Shown one piece after another: positions 1 through 12,550 of a stretch of DNA of 64,000 nucleotides. A program made the position numbers and the translations under genes. The notes beneath the pieces were generated by a model. The model made no database searches. It was not told the origin of the DNA and saw only the letters and a list, made by a program, of their open reading frames with translations. Position 1 is the stretch's first letter, and the number at the start of each line of letters is the position of its first letter. This DNA is from Kudoa neothunni (Eukaryota > Animalia > Cnidaria), in the NCBI GenBank assembly GCA_964304625.1, contig OZ199839.1, positions 11,513,036-11,577,035 on the forward strand, given 5' to 3'.

Positions 1-1254
1 CGTTATTTTTGTTCAATTTAGGTATCATTAATTGACAGTAAGATATAAAAAAATTTTAGTAAATAATTCAAATCTAAATTAACTTATTTTTTTGTAAAGA
101 TATGGATAAATTTTATAACAAAATCCTCAAATAACGCATAGCGAACTGATTCAAACTAGACAAAAATCATTCTTCCATAAATTTTTTTTTATTTATTCCA
201 ATTTTTTTATCATTAATTAAATATCACCTCATTTTGAAACAGATATTAGAAGGCAACGTGATTTTAGTTGATAAGAACCGTTTTATTACAAAGTTGATTA
301 GAATATATTTTCCCAATTAAATATTAAACAAAAATGTTCAATAAAATAATATAAATTAATTTGACGTCAAAACTAAACTAATTATTTAGAAAAAATAGAT
401 TAATTTTGACATATTAATAAGAATTCGTTCCAACCGTCTTTTTAGAATCACTAATTATCAAATATAGTTTTTATTTATACTCATAGATCAAGAATAATAT
501 TAATATTTTCTTATAACTAATTATTTTTTATTTTAAGCGACATTCATGCATAAAATCTCTTATAACTAAAGATGAATACGTTAATTTGTTAACTGACAAT
601 TTATTGGAAAAAACAATTCGTAATCTGAGTTAAAAGGTAGAATCGTCACCGTAATCCAATTCAGCGACCACGATAAAATTCTTACCTGTTGATTATTTTA
701 ATTTTTTGTATTTATCATTGTTTCATCACCAATTGCTTATTTTCGTCACTGTATTTGTTATCAATAATAGTTGCTGTAATCGATCGTATAAATAACTGCT
801 AGTCCCTCGCAGTTATTTCCGTAGGCCATACCATTTTATCGACCCAGTAAAGCATGCTTAATTTATCATAAAATTTGAGTGCGACAACCATGATTTTTTA
901 TCGATTGTCTATTATTAATTTTATGTCTACAAGAATAAGAAATTTATATTTTCTGCAAACATTCACTGATTAATTGTAGTAGTTGTATTAATTTAATGCA
1001 AAAAAAATTTTGTTTGATGAAACCCCGTCATTCCTATCATTAAATGTTTAACTAATCTCACCCTAATTTAATTTAAAAATTTAGTAATAATGTAAGAACT
1101 AATTGTAATCTCTAATTGGAAAATGCAGTCATTATTCTACATTTTAACCGTAATCGTTATTTAGGAATATTTATATTATGCCATATTTATTAAGACCGAA
1201 ATAACTTCAATTATTTAAAAACTCGAATAGGAATCAATTAGCTATACTTTAAGT

Positions 1255-1808
1255 CAGGGGTCGGAAACCTTTTTTGGTGAGACAGCCACCTGACATATTT
1301 TAAGACTAAAAATAGAAGTATCTCTGCGCGTTTTATATAATTCCAACACTTCAATGTAAAACAAGTCAGTAAATTCTTTTTAATATCTTTTTTACACTAT
1401 TGTCAATCAACGAAGAATATTTCTCCTCATCAATATGACTTTGGGTTCTGCATGCGTTTGCAGATAGCTTTATAGTCTGGTCGATATGTGGTAAAATTAG
1501 ACTACATTCAAGTATTGAAACTTCTATTCGTTAAACATCACTGTAGTTTGGTCATAATGTCTTTTAAATGTAGGAGGGTTGCTCACATACATACATACAT
1601 ACATCATACATACATCATACATACATACATACATACATACATACGTAGAGACTAACATTGTCATTACAGCAAAACTCGGACGTTTCAATGTATGATACAG
1701 TAAATAACTGAATCATACACTGTAATCGTTTCGCATATGCATAAAGGATTTAGCGAAACAGTTTTTAAATTGCAAATTTGTCTACGAGCCATAGGCTCCC
1801 GACCTCTG
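1255..1808 (-). mobile_element. Non-autonomous hAT (Charlie/Buster-type) element, copy 1
   Basis: TIRs are CAGGGGTCGGAAACCT ... AGGCTCCCGACCTCTG, with an 8-bp TSD CTTTAAGT/CTTTAATT. The minus strand holds a hAT dimerisation-domain remnant. It is the inverted homolog of 61819-62396. Confidence 0.9.
1586..1644. repeat. (CATA)n microsatellite inside the hAT element
   Basis: Slightly interrupted ACAT/CATA tandem array, read directly. Confidence 0.9.
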
Positions 1809-2589
1809 CTTTAATTTGTAATGCCTTTCATGGTTAACTCAAAATTATTTTTAATCTGACGGTATTTTCAACCTCATTAGCTCTATTATTTAACTCGTTA
1901 TCTATCTTTTTATGTTTCTAATAATAACTATGATGCTAGTTATGCTTCCTAACATAATTGAACAGATGAACCATACTTAAATGGTAATATAAAAATATAT
2001 ATTAATATAGATACAAACAAATGAATACCTCTTTTCAAGTATATAATTATTAAATAGGTTTTAGTTGGAAGGCTCGCATTTATTCCATCATATTATACCA
2101 CTATAAATGGTACAATGCTCAGAGATAAAGGTTTTTGTCACTGGTTTGCTAATTACTGGGGATTAAAGACGATAAGGGTAGTTAAGGTTTAGTAGGAATC
2201 GTTTGTGTACAGTAATGGACGAAGATGTAAATGAGAATTCTATCTTGTGTGTTGATCTACATGCTATCATACAATATTGTCTCGATACCCCCGACTATTT
2301 CATCAACACTGACCCCAATGTAAATCTTTACATCAAAGGGAACAACAAACAAAAGTATTCGCCATTTGACCCATCTCTACATTCTAACTAACCAAAAACC
2401 TTTACATTAGTAAATGTAAAAAGATCATACACAAAATTAAGAGTGTCAGAAAATCTAAAACGTGAATATCCCCAAAACCACGGCGTCAGCATCGAACCAG
2501 CCACAATATAAACACATTCACATAATGTGTATAAACGCACACACAAAATTTAAATGGACATTTTAATATTATATTGCTAAAAAAATTCT

Positions 2590-3043
2590 CTATTTTAGTT
2601 TATTTAACGGTTTGAATTTATTCGGCGTTGACTGTTTGGAGTAGATTTGTGCAGCGGCTCTCACATGTTGCGGTTCAAGTGGCCCCTTATCGCCCAACTC
2701 GTGTTTTATTTGGTAGGCTATATTAACAACACATTGAAACATTCATCATCACATCATCATGTCGTACCAATTTCTAGCAATTGGCACAAATGCATTTTAA
2801 CCAAACCACTCATTACAATAACTGAATTCTGCCCAAACACAGCTTTATCGCCCGATTGAGACATTAGCTATATGATTATTTAATGAAAATCTATTTGAAA
2901 TATAAATTAAACTTTTCCAATTGTTCTCTTAGAAAAAAGAGCTGTTCGAAAGGTCTCGTAGCGCTCCAAACTATCTATTTTAAATTTTGACCAAAAATTA
3001 ATTAATTTTCAAATTTTAGCATAAAAATACCTCTTTTCTCCAT
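2590..3043 (-). CDS. TAF11: TATA-box binding protein-associated factor 11 (histone-fold TAF), 4 exons, about 100 aa
   Basis: Manual splice gives MEKRD|SLERYETFRTALFSKRTIGK|LMSQSGDKAVFGQNSVIVMSGLVKMHLCQLLEI|AYQIKHELGDKGPLEPQHVRAAAQIY...KLK*. This matches the TAF11 motifs RYE.YRR, QNVVIAMSG.K and PL.P.H.REA. Introns are GT-AG. The start codon is less certain. Confidence 0.85.
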
Positions 3044-3182
3044 AAAAATTGTTTATAAATTTTTGTGGATGATGTAGGTAGAGTGATAAGCGATCAAACT
3101 CTCAATGGTATCCAATGCGCATGCTCACATCAAAAATAAATAATCTCAGAAATAAAACTTCCACTACTTTTAGACTCTGAAA
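3044..3182. promoter_or_regulatory. Putative bidirectional promoter (about 140 bp) between TAF11 and GCC2 with an NRF1-like TGCGCATGC motif
   Basis: Divergent ATGs lie at 3043(-) and 3183(+). TGCGCATGCT is at 3116-3125. Confidence 0.6.
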
Positions 3183-6100
3183 ATGACTACTTGTGATACA
3201 ATGGATCCCAGAGATACCAAGCTAGCGCAAGAAAGTTGTTTCAATCAATTGATTAGTACGAAAAACACAATTGAAGGTGTTTTCTTTGGTTAGACCAGAT
3301 TTATTTTTAATTACTACCAATTAAGAAATATTCAAGTCAATCGAAAATATTAATAAACAAGTAAGAAACTTATTATAATCTTATTTAAAATTATAATAAA
3401 GGATTGTGATGGAAAACATCAACTGGAATGTTTAGCCGAAAAAATAACTACATTAAATACCAAAATAACCGTAATTATCATAAAAATATTAAGAAAAATA
3501 TCATTTTATTAATTTAGAATTTGGAAATTATGCACGAAAATAACGATCAAAGAAAGTCAATTTTTTTTGATAGTTAAAATTGATCGTACCAATTTTTTAA
3601 TGGATAAATAGGGAGGAGGATTTATCGGTTGATTTGATTATGCAGTTGGAAGTTGATATCTCGAATCAGGAGGACCTACTGCAGGAATGTGAAATCAATC
3701 AAGCGAACATCGATTATGCAGCCTCCTCAAATTCTAACGGGGAAGAAGAATCAAAATTGAGTCGGATGGGTTAGTTTACGTATGAAAAGAAATATTATAA
3801 TTTATCATAGTGAATCCATGCCTGGTTGAGGAATGTCAAGGTTTGATTGGACAATTACAGGAAGTAAGATTGTGTTGGACAGCCGCACATTTAAATATCT
3901 TCCAATAGTATTGCACAATAAATAAAGCGTTAATGCTTAATAAGGTAGAGTTGCAATCACAATATGATGCTTTTTTGGAAGAGCATAGTAGCTTGATTGA
4001 TTAAATTTAGAATTGGTTGTTCTGATATGTTTTTGTTTTAACGTAGATGCGTTGAAGGTAAAATTTGAAAAACTCAAACAACTCACGATAAAAAGCAGAC
4101 AGGAGGAAAGGATGGCTAAGGAAAGGACCCATTCTGAAGTATTGATTTATGATTGTGTCTATTTTGCCGGATGCGCTTTTTGTCCTAAAATAATAATGAT
4201 TCAAGCGTTACCAATTTTTTCCAAAATTGTCTCCTAAAAGTGAATAGGCCAAATAATTATGCTACACCTTGGTTTCATTTGGATTTTATTGATAAAAATT
4301 ATTAATTACGTTAATGTACTTCCCAGAATTAATGAAACTAAATTTATATTCTGCATTTATAAAATTCTTACAATAAGATAAATATTCACAGGAAAAGATA
4401 TATACAACATTAAAATTTAATAAAATATTGAATATTCAACTTTTTAAATTGTAAATAATTAATATTGTGTAACTTCACATAAAATTATTTTTGAATAATA
4501 TATATCGGTATTAATGTTATATTACTATTATTAGTATCATCATAATAATAAAAAAAAATTTGTCGCTAAAATCTCCAACAGTTAGCAATACATCTTTGGG
4601 TCCACCTCTCACCTTCATTACTGTCGGCAACTTTATTCCTATAATTTCGTGAATCTCGCAACATGGATAAAATTCACATAACCATCAAAGATGGATATTT
4701 AACTGTAGAATCATTCACAATATCTGAGATTCCCATATCAGTTATTTTTTATGTGTTATTGTCTCGAACTGCTTCTCGTATATCCACCCTCTTCGTTGAT
4801 GACTGCTCAGTAACGAAATGTACAATAAAAGTTTTATTAAAGGCACTCTCGTCACATTTTGGATCTGAAATTTCTGGATTGTTGCTGATAATAAATTAAG
4901 TTGATATATGAAAAGTGGAAAAAATGAGCTGCCTTATCCATAGAATCCTCGTTGAAAATAAGTGAGATTAATCCATCCCAAATCTTTTTTTGTAAATCAT
5001 ATTGAGTCTCCGTTTGTTCAGACATCAGTGATGCTATTTTTTGCAAAAAATTTAAGCTTCAAATATCGACGAAATGTAGAATTCGGAGAAGATCATTGAC
5101 TCGAAATTTATGTAATAACTGGCAGCACATTACACAAATGATTCTGAATATGAATATTTTTTGTCATTAAAATCAATATTCGTTTTCTTTCTAATAGAGT
5201 TAATATGTCTTCATGGTAACCTCGTGCTTATGTAGAAGGAACATGTGCAAATATTGAAATAAGTTTCGATTTAATTATTTATTTCAACCTACATAATATT
5301 GTATGCATATGATGTTAATGATGTGTTATATCTTATGTTAAAGTCTGTGTATTATTTTTGAAGAATATCTGATTCAGTAACAAAAGTGTTTCTGCTTTGA
5401 GTACGTATTCATTGATGCTTTAACCTTCCCAAAATTCAAGGATGTATCGCCGACCTTTACGTCTGGTATAATATCTTGAATGAGTAGTGTTGGATCAGGC
5501 ACTCCTTCTATAATGATTAAACTCGGTAGTATCGACGTTACAGCTGCATTCTAAAGGTTATTTTACTCGTTTATGGCGTTACACTACATAAAATTAGCTT
5601 TATTAGAGAATTATACACTGATTCATCGTAAAATTAAAGTATTTTGTATGGATACTTATTCGAGAATTAAAAATATCGTCGATGCTTTTGGATGCCTAAC
5701 TGTTAACTTAAAAAAGAAATGAAACTAAATTTATATTCTGCATTTATAAGATAATTTTTGGAATAAATGATAACCATTGAATTACCATTTTGGAGGGAAA
5801 TCACACCCGGAAAAATAGACACTTTATTTATTCATTATTTTTCATAGGAATTCTCATTATCAACAATTTTTTTTAGCGCGAAAGTTACGAACAATGTATC
5901 TCACAAACAAACCTAAAACTGACCAAATATACCGAACAAATACATCACCTCAAGACAAACAACACTCAGCTGATTCAATTCATAGAGCAATTGGGAAGAG
6001 AAAGTGACTTTTGTTGATATACCAACAAATATAATTGAATATGTACAGATTGCGGAAGAGAAGCGAGCTCATAATGAGCAGTTGGAAACATTATCCGCTA

Positions 6101-7504
6101 ATATTGCTATTAAAACTCAAGAGTTGGAAATGTCTCGTCAAGCTAATGAATTTTTAAACGATGAGCATTTAAATTTGAAAGTACATTAGGTTGAGTTTGG
6201 TGTGGGATTTAATTTGGCTAGTTGACGTTGAAAACTATTCAACAACAGCAACAGCAACAACAACAACAACAACAACAGTTGGATATTACGCAACATAATA
6301 AGTAATTTTAAAAGTTTAATTCGGTTTAATTCTTTGATATTCAGAAATCATTTGGAAGAACACCGAGGAATAGAGCTTAGGTAGATGATGATTATCACTA
6401 TGAATTGTATGAGTTAAAATATGTTGAAGTGAGAAGTTGAAGAGTCTCGAAAATGAGTTGGTTGATAAGAATTCAGAATTATTAAAAGTTAAGAGTGATT
6501 CCGATGAAAAATGTCAAGCTTACCAGGATGAGATTGAAAAACTCAAGTTAAAGTTGGATTTTTTGAGTGGAGACATTTTTATGATTTTGAAATAACTAAT
6601 AGCTTGTGCAAAATAAAAACTCAGCTTAAAAGTATCACCAAGGAGAATTTATCTTTGAAGAATGTGGTTGAAAGTTTAGAACGTCAACTTTCAAACTCTT
6701 CTTCTATTGAAAATAAATGCTTAAATTCAAATGAATCTGTCATTGTGGATGTGGTTTCTCCCACGAAAAAATCCGATTTCAACCTCAACACCATTCTCAT
6801 TCATAAGAATGATAAAGATGAGAAAACCGAGGAGATTGCTGACCCTGTTAATGTTGAATCTACTGTTGTATTATCGCATTCTCAATCACAATCACAATCT
6901 CAATCGATTGATGGTCGTTTTATTTAATTTTCGTTGAGATATATATTTTTTTAGTTGAAGTCGAGTCAAGAGATTATATGGAAGTACTTTTATGGTTGAG
7001 AGAGAGACAAACGTTTAAATGCTTATTCTATTTGTGCTAGATTTTGGCTCAAAGCGAGAACACTTCGACACTGCTTCAACAACAAATCGTTGTACTTCAG
7101 AGGGAAATACGAAGGTTTAATATAATTGGAGAGATTTCATATGTATAATCTAATTTGAATTGTCTCAGACTCGAGAATAATCAAATTCGCGGCGAATCAA
7201 TAAAAAACATGGAATACTTAAAAGATATGATCTTAAAAGTTTGAGCTTTGATATTTTTAATTTTTATTTATATTCGTCTTCATTGTTGTAGTTCATCAAA
7301 ACTACACCCGACGATAAAAAATGTGTCGTTCCCATTCTCTCAAAAACTCTTGTGCTAAACGAATCCGAAGTCGATGTTTTGAACAAATTTGCCGAAAGTA
7401 TTTTTCCCAGAAGAAGCATACTTTAAATTTTATTATTTTTAGTGGAAATTCCATTCGGTTCCGATAATCAATCCTCTTGGTTCTCATACTTGAAACCTTG
7501 GTGA
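3183..7504 (+). CDS. GCC2: GRIP-domain golgin GCC2/GCC185-like, multi-exon coiled-coil protein
   Basis: The coiled-coil exons include a Q13 tract. The C-terminal exons read ILAQSENTSTLLQQQIVVLQREIRR|LENNQIRGESIKNMEYLKDMILK|FIKTTPDDKKCVVPILSKTLVLNESE...|SSWFSYLKPW*, matching the GCC185 GRIP region (EIRRLERN...NLEYLKNV) and its W.SYL.W tail. The 5' exon structure is approximate. A large intron spans about 4139-5876. Confidence 0.88.
4560..5640 (-). pseudogene. Degraded gene-like fragment nested antisense in the GCC2 intron
   Basis: Coding-like composition with broken frames (e.g. LQKIASLMSEQTETQYDLQKKIWDGLISLIF), flanked by a 32-bp direct repeat. I recognised no family. Confidence 0.4.
6240..6278 (+). 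repeat. CAA/CAG repeat encoding Q13 in a GCC2 exon
   Basis: 13 consecutive CAA/CAG codons in frame between ATT and TTG. Confidence 0.85.
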
Positions 7505-8594
7505 CCGATTATCATTTATACTATAAAATTGTGTTTTCTATTCACTATCTTATCATTATTGCTTATTTATTTATCTGTTTTTATCTACCGGTTTCTTTGT
7601 TGTCAAAATCAGTAGTCAATTAATTCATTTACAACGCCTATTACTATTAAATGAATTAAAGATAATTATGTCGATAATTACGTTTTTATTTATAATAAAA
7701 TTTATTAATTATAATAATAAATATAAATATTTAAATAAGTGTGGATCAATTAATGAATTATTTAATATCTTATTTCACATTATCTTAATATGATATTTAA
7801 TTAGCAATTTTTTTTATTTATCGATTTATTTTTGATATCAATTGAATGATAGAATAATTTTATCCATTTTCTAAGATATGATTTTTGTGTATTAGATGAT
7901 AATTTATCTCGGACTGATAAACATTTTATATATATTGGAGGTGGATTGCATTGATTGATAAAGTACAGAAATCGATTAATTCTGGAAATGAGAATGTCAA
8001 TGACTTCTATAAGTAATTTGGTGCAATTTTTTTGGATTATTTATATGCCGATAGTTTTCATGTGTGCTATTGCTATCTGCACTTACACTGTGAGTGGCTC
8101 CAATTTTCTTAGAACGGTACATCTGTTTTATTTATGGTCGATTAATCGAAATTTAAGTTCAATCTCCAAAACCCAAGGACCTATGTTTATGCCGAACTTC
8201 TGAAAAATAATTATGATACTGTTTACACCGATATAGCCCAAAAAGCTTGTGGCTCCAACCAGAGAGACGTATTAAATACGATAAAATCACGAATTAATAA
8301 TTGAAAATCAATAATATCTTAGTGTGTGCTTATGTCAAGCCAAATGAGAAATGGTTTCAGTAATATTGTCAACACATTACTCAAACAAAATGATATTTGT
8401 GAGGAAGGTGTATGCATACAAGATCGAGGTATTACTTAAACAGTAAGTCGGTATTCGGGTTAATTAGACCAAAATTTATAGTGTTAAACGACGGAAAAAT
8501 TCACGATTGCAATCTTTGCAAAGTTTTCACCTTATTTCGGATAAAAAATTATATGTTAAATCTCTTAGGCAACTGTTGAATTTATAAAAAAATA

Positions 8595-8840
8595 TCACAA
8601 CCCCATATACAACCATCTGAATAATAAAACTACGATTATGTCGTTTTGCCCGGGTGACGCCCCACTTGTTAGAAGAATGATGGTTGGCTGATCATTTCTC
8701 TTGTCATACATTGACCCTCTATTTAGTGTAGTCTTAGTGTTAGAATGTTTGCAGTTTTCGTTGAACGAATGACTCGACAAGGCCAAGTGTTGGATAACGC
8801 TTGCAGTTCCATGCGTTTCTGCAATTAGATCTTTAAACAC
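8595..8840 (-). pseudogene. Possible dynein heavy chain-like fragment
   Basis: SMYDKRNDQPTIILLTSGASP resembles the dynein AAA6 P.IF.LSPG.DP segment. I found no further exons. Confidence 0.25.
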
Positions 8841-9438
8841 TATAATTACTCACCTTTTCACCACTAATCGTTTAGTTTGATTACTAGTTTGTTTTTTTGC
8901 GTAATAATATTTTGAATATTGATAAATAATCTATATCTACAATATATAAAATTAAGTTGTCCGCGTGTGTTCACAACTAAGCATGTGTGATAAATTTATT
9001 CCCTTATAGACAAATATTTATGAAATTTTTTAATCATTTAAGATATGGGAAAAATTATTTTCATTGTCATGGCATCATGAAATGCTTCAATAGTAAATAG
9101 GAAATATTTATTTCACCGGGTTTAAATTCGCTTATTTCAAGGTGATAATGAAGTTAACGTTCTTCTTACATGTTACAAACAAAAGATAATTTTATATTAT
9201 CATCTATCTGTATACACAAATTAGGAGAACGTTTTATAAGGGATACGTAAATACATTCCTAATATAGGGGGGGGGGACTTATTAATATATCTTACTTGAT
9301 GAATGCACTTTGAAAATTCTATTTTAATTTAAATAAATTAAAAAGATTTACAAATGTTAAATTAATTATTGAATTGCAGTATTTTGTCATCAGGTAGATT
9401 GGAGTTTTATAACGTTAAGACGATGTTCTCATATATAA

Positions 9439-10602
9439 CCTTTAAGATCAGCAAAAACGGCTACCTTCCTCCAAGGACTTTTTGAGCCCAAGAGACCCCA
9501 GTTTTTTATTTGATGAATTAACTTAATAAATATACATATATTATTTTATTCAATGGAAAAAATTTCTGTCGACTAAATTTGAAGAAAAAAACCGAACATT
9601 TGTGGAATTAATCCGTTATAATCTCCTCGGTATGTTGTCGGAAGTAATCGTTATATAATATCGTTGCTGAATAATCCTAAATTTTTGAGCAATAAAGAAT
9701 TCAAATGAATGATTAATGTTTTTTGGTGAAAATATTCAATTTAATATTCTAAATTACTGCTCAGGAGCATACTGTTACTCTGCTCAAATAATGCCACGCG
9801 ATCCCACTTTTCCTGTACGAAATAAGAATGGAACTGATGAGTGTATTGAAGAATTTCAATATTTTGGAAGTGAATTTGAAGAAAACTATACAGAATCATT
9901 TGAAACGTCCAATGAATCAATGGAATATGGAAATATTGAAGACCCAATAATCATTTAAATGGTATTATGTGGAGTTTTAGTAAACCGATAATATCAAGGA
10001 TCGGTGCAGAAAATGTCATTAAAAACCACTTGGCCCTACTTTCTATTGTATTAAGAACGTTAAAATCATGTTAGATCGCCTTTCATCCTTTTCGCAAACA
10101 TAATTTGTGAATAAATAATCAAATAAATATATCAATTGCTTGGAAGATTTCATTTCTATGTCTAAATTTAATTATTAACTATATTCAAATAGATTATATT
10201 TACTATATATAATTGTATAAATTTATTTTTTGTGGTAAACGAAAGTTTTCCATATCTATTTTTTATTAACGGTCACATGTGAATAATGAAATCCTCACGA
10301 GAAATAAACATTAATTAAATTCATAACATATTTCTAAATTTTTATGTGACTAAAATGTATAATATTAGTATGGCTACATTATAAGTTATTTTTAAAGCAT
10401 ATTGACCAGAAGACCCAAAATGTCCCAGTGGATAATTTCTTTTCTACACCTAATTTTTATTACTCGGCTTAAGATGTTCAAAGAATGATCATTATTGAAA
10501 GTTAGGACTTTAGAATTTTACGAATTTCTGATTATTACATGCATAATACTGGATAAATTAATTATGGTTTGGGGTTCAAAAGATCCCAAAGTCCTTAGAG
10601 GA
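9439..10602 (+). mobile_element. Non-autonomous piggyBac element, copy 1
   Basis: Termini are ATAA|CCTTTAAG ... CCTTAGAGGA|TTAA. It has an acidic N-terminal transposase remnant (ORF 9716) and is colinear with 41164-43822. Confidence 0.8.
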
Positions 10603-11699
10603 TTAATTGAAGCCGCCCTTAATTTAAACTTTCGGTAATTTATCTCCATAACGACGTTTTAATCATAATTTACCCAACTATTTAAATTTTAAATAATTTT
10701 GGTTGAAATTGTTGTGCTGCGTAAATGTATTGTAGTCAAGAGTGTGTTATAGTTGATATCAGATAATGTGGTGTTAATTTGATTTAAAACAATAATCATT
10801 TCAAGTTATCTTCTAGCTACATAGTTTTCGAAATTTTATGATCATTACATAATGATCTTAATTTTAATTTCATATATCATAATTCTGAAAAATAAAATAC
10901 TTTAGTTTCGTCCTTTCTTTGGGATAACTGAGAGTATAAATGTATTTTTTAAATGATTTTAGAGGTATTCATCACCTCATAATATTTGTATAACTGGGAA
11001 ACGACGGGATTTCGTGGTAGTATGTAACATTTTTTTGATCATGAGAAGTCAAAAATTGTGAGAGGCTTGTTTCCCTGCAAATTTCATGTTTATAAAATAG
11101 TAAACCTTAGTGTATCTATATTAAGCGGAGTATATGTGATTGCATAAAATAGTTAATTCACACCGAAATCTGCATATGAAGCGTTTATTAATTAGTCATC
11201 TCGTGAATACCTTAAGAATTGTGTAATACATTTTTTCATGTTTAAGTTGTGATAATATTACCTTAATGCACAAAATTTTATTATGTATAAAAATAGTTTC
11301 ATTACAATAAATATAAAATTAAAATATGAGGGATAAATGCATTTTTAATCGTTCTTTAAAATAAAAATGGATAATTATTAGATATATAAATTGAAATAAA
11401 TCCATTAATGTAATGATAGGTATCTCTTTAGAAAGGATTTGTTTCCTATTTGAATATAATTTTATACAGCGTAATCTTCGATTTTCCTCTTTGTTGTGAA
11501 TAATTTTATAATTCATTATTAAAATAAAAAAAAACGTTTAGAGATCTTATTGGTTACATTTCTGAAACTTGACATTCTTATACTCTATTTTTTATCATTA
11601 TCACACAATAAAACAAATTATTACTTAATGTATGTGTTTCAATAAAGTCATTGAGTTATAAAATTAAGAAAAGTATACAACTAATTTTTTATTATAGAG

Positions 11700-12550
11700 A
11701 TTATTTCCATGATGTTAATGCCCTACATATATCTTGCATCGTTGAGTTTTGATTAACAAAAACAATAACGATAATTCTAGCGAATAATTATTTTTCTATA
11801 TAAATATGTCGAAAGTTTTGGATAATTATAAAACTATTTTTGCTCGTAAATATAATGAAGAAATATTTACTTCCATTTAGTATGAGATTAGGATTTATTT
11901 GTTTCCATTGCAATTACTGTTAATAGAAACTTCTGTGATGATACTCATATTCATTTCTTCAATATCAACATTCGTTGTTATCCCGATTGTATTTTGAATT
12001 TCATTCATTTATTAATCGAATATTTTAGGAATACTTTTCTTTCAGTATTACACAATGGGTAGAATTAATGAGGAATAAAGCTGAAGAATTATTTGATGAA
12101 ACTTTTCATTCTTTATGTATTAATAGTCATATAGATGTAATATTGGTAACATAAGGCCGTACGTATACGTGATAATAGTGCACGCTGTGGGACTGGGATC
12201 TCAGGAACAGTTTCAGACAACTGATCAACGATTCAATTACGACTGAAAGTGTTTGCCGATTAGGAGTATGCATGAACAATAGAAGTATACCGTGTGAATA
12301 ATTCCAAAATAATTTACACATTAAATAGTTATATATACAAATAAAATGGAAACCTGTTATATGTGCAATGTAATTCAATTAATATTAGCGTAACTTTTAC
12401 ATGGTTATAGATATCTACAGACTTTATGAGATTGAAACGAATGCAGCTTATTGACCTGTTGCAAAATGTATTAAGACAAGAAAAGCTATGCTCAGCGAAA
12501 AACACACATATACAAGAGTTTATAGTAATTATTGAATGCGTCATGTTTAA
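11700..12550 (-). pseudogene. Degraded unknown lineage-specific gene fragment
   Basis: Overlapping broken ORFs 12127-12378 and 12329-12544 are protein-like but show no recognisable motif. Confidence 0.3.

Noticed and set aside
720-900. Minus-strand MLYWVD as an LRP YWTD repeat
   Set aside because: It is a single short motif followed by stops, with no supporting repeats.
2647-2859. + strand ORFs 2647-2859 and 31085-31270, and - strand ORFs 4007, 7302, 17017, 53187, 53695, 60971 and 61143
   Set aside because: They are antisense shadows of TAF11, mago, GCC2, CD39-like or transposase sequence.
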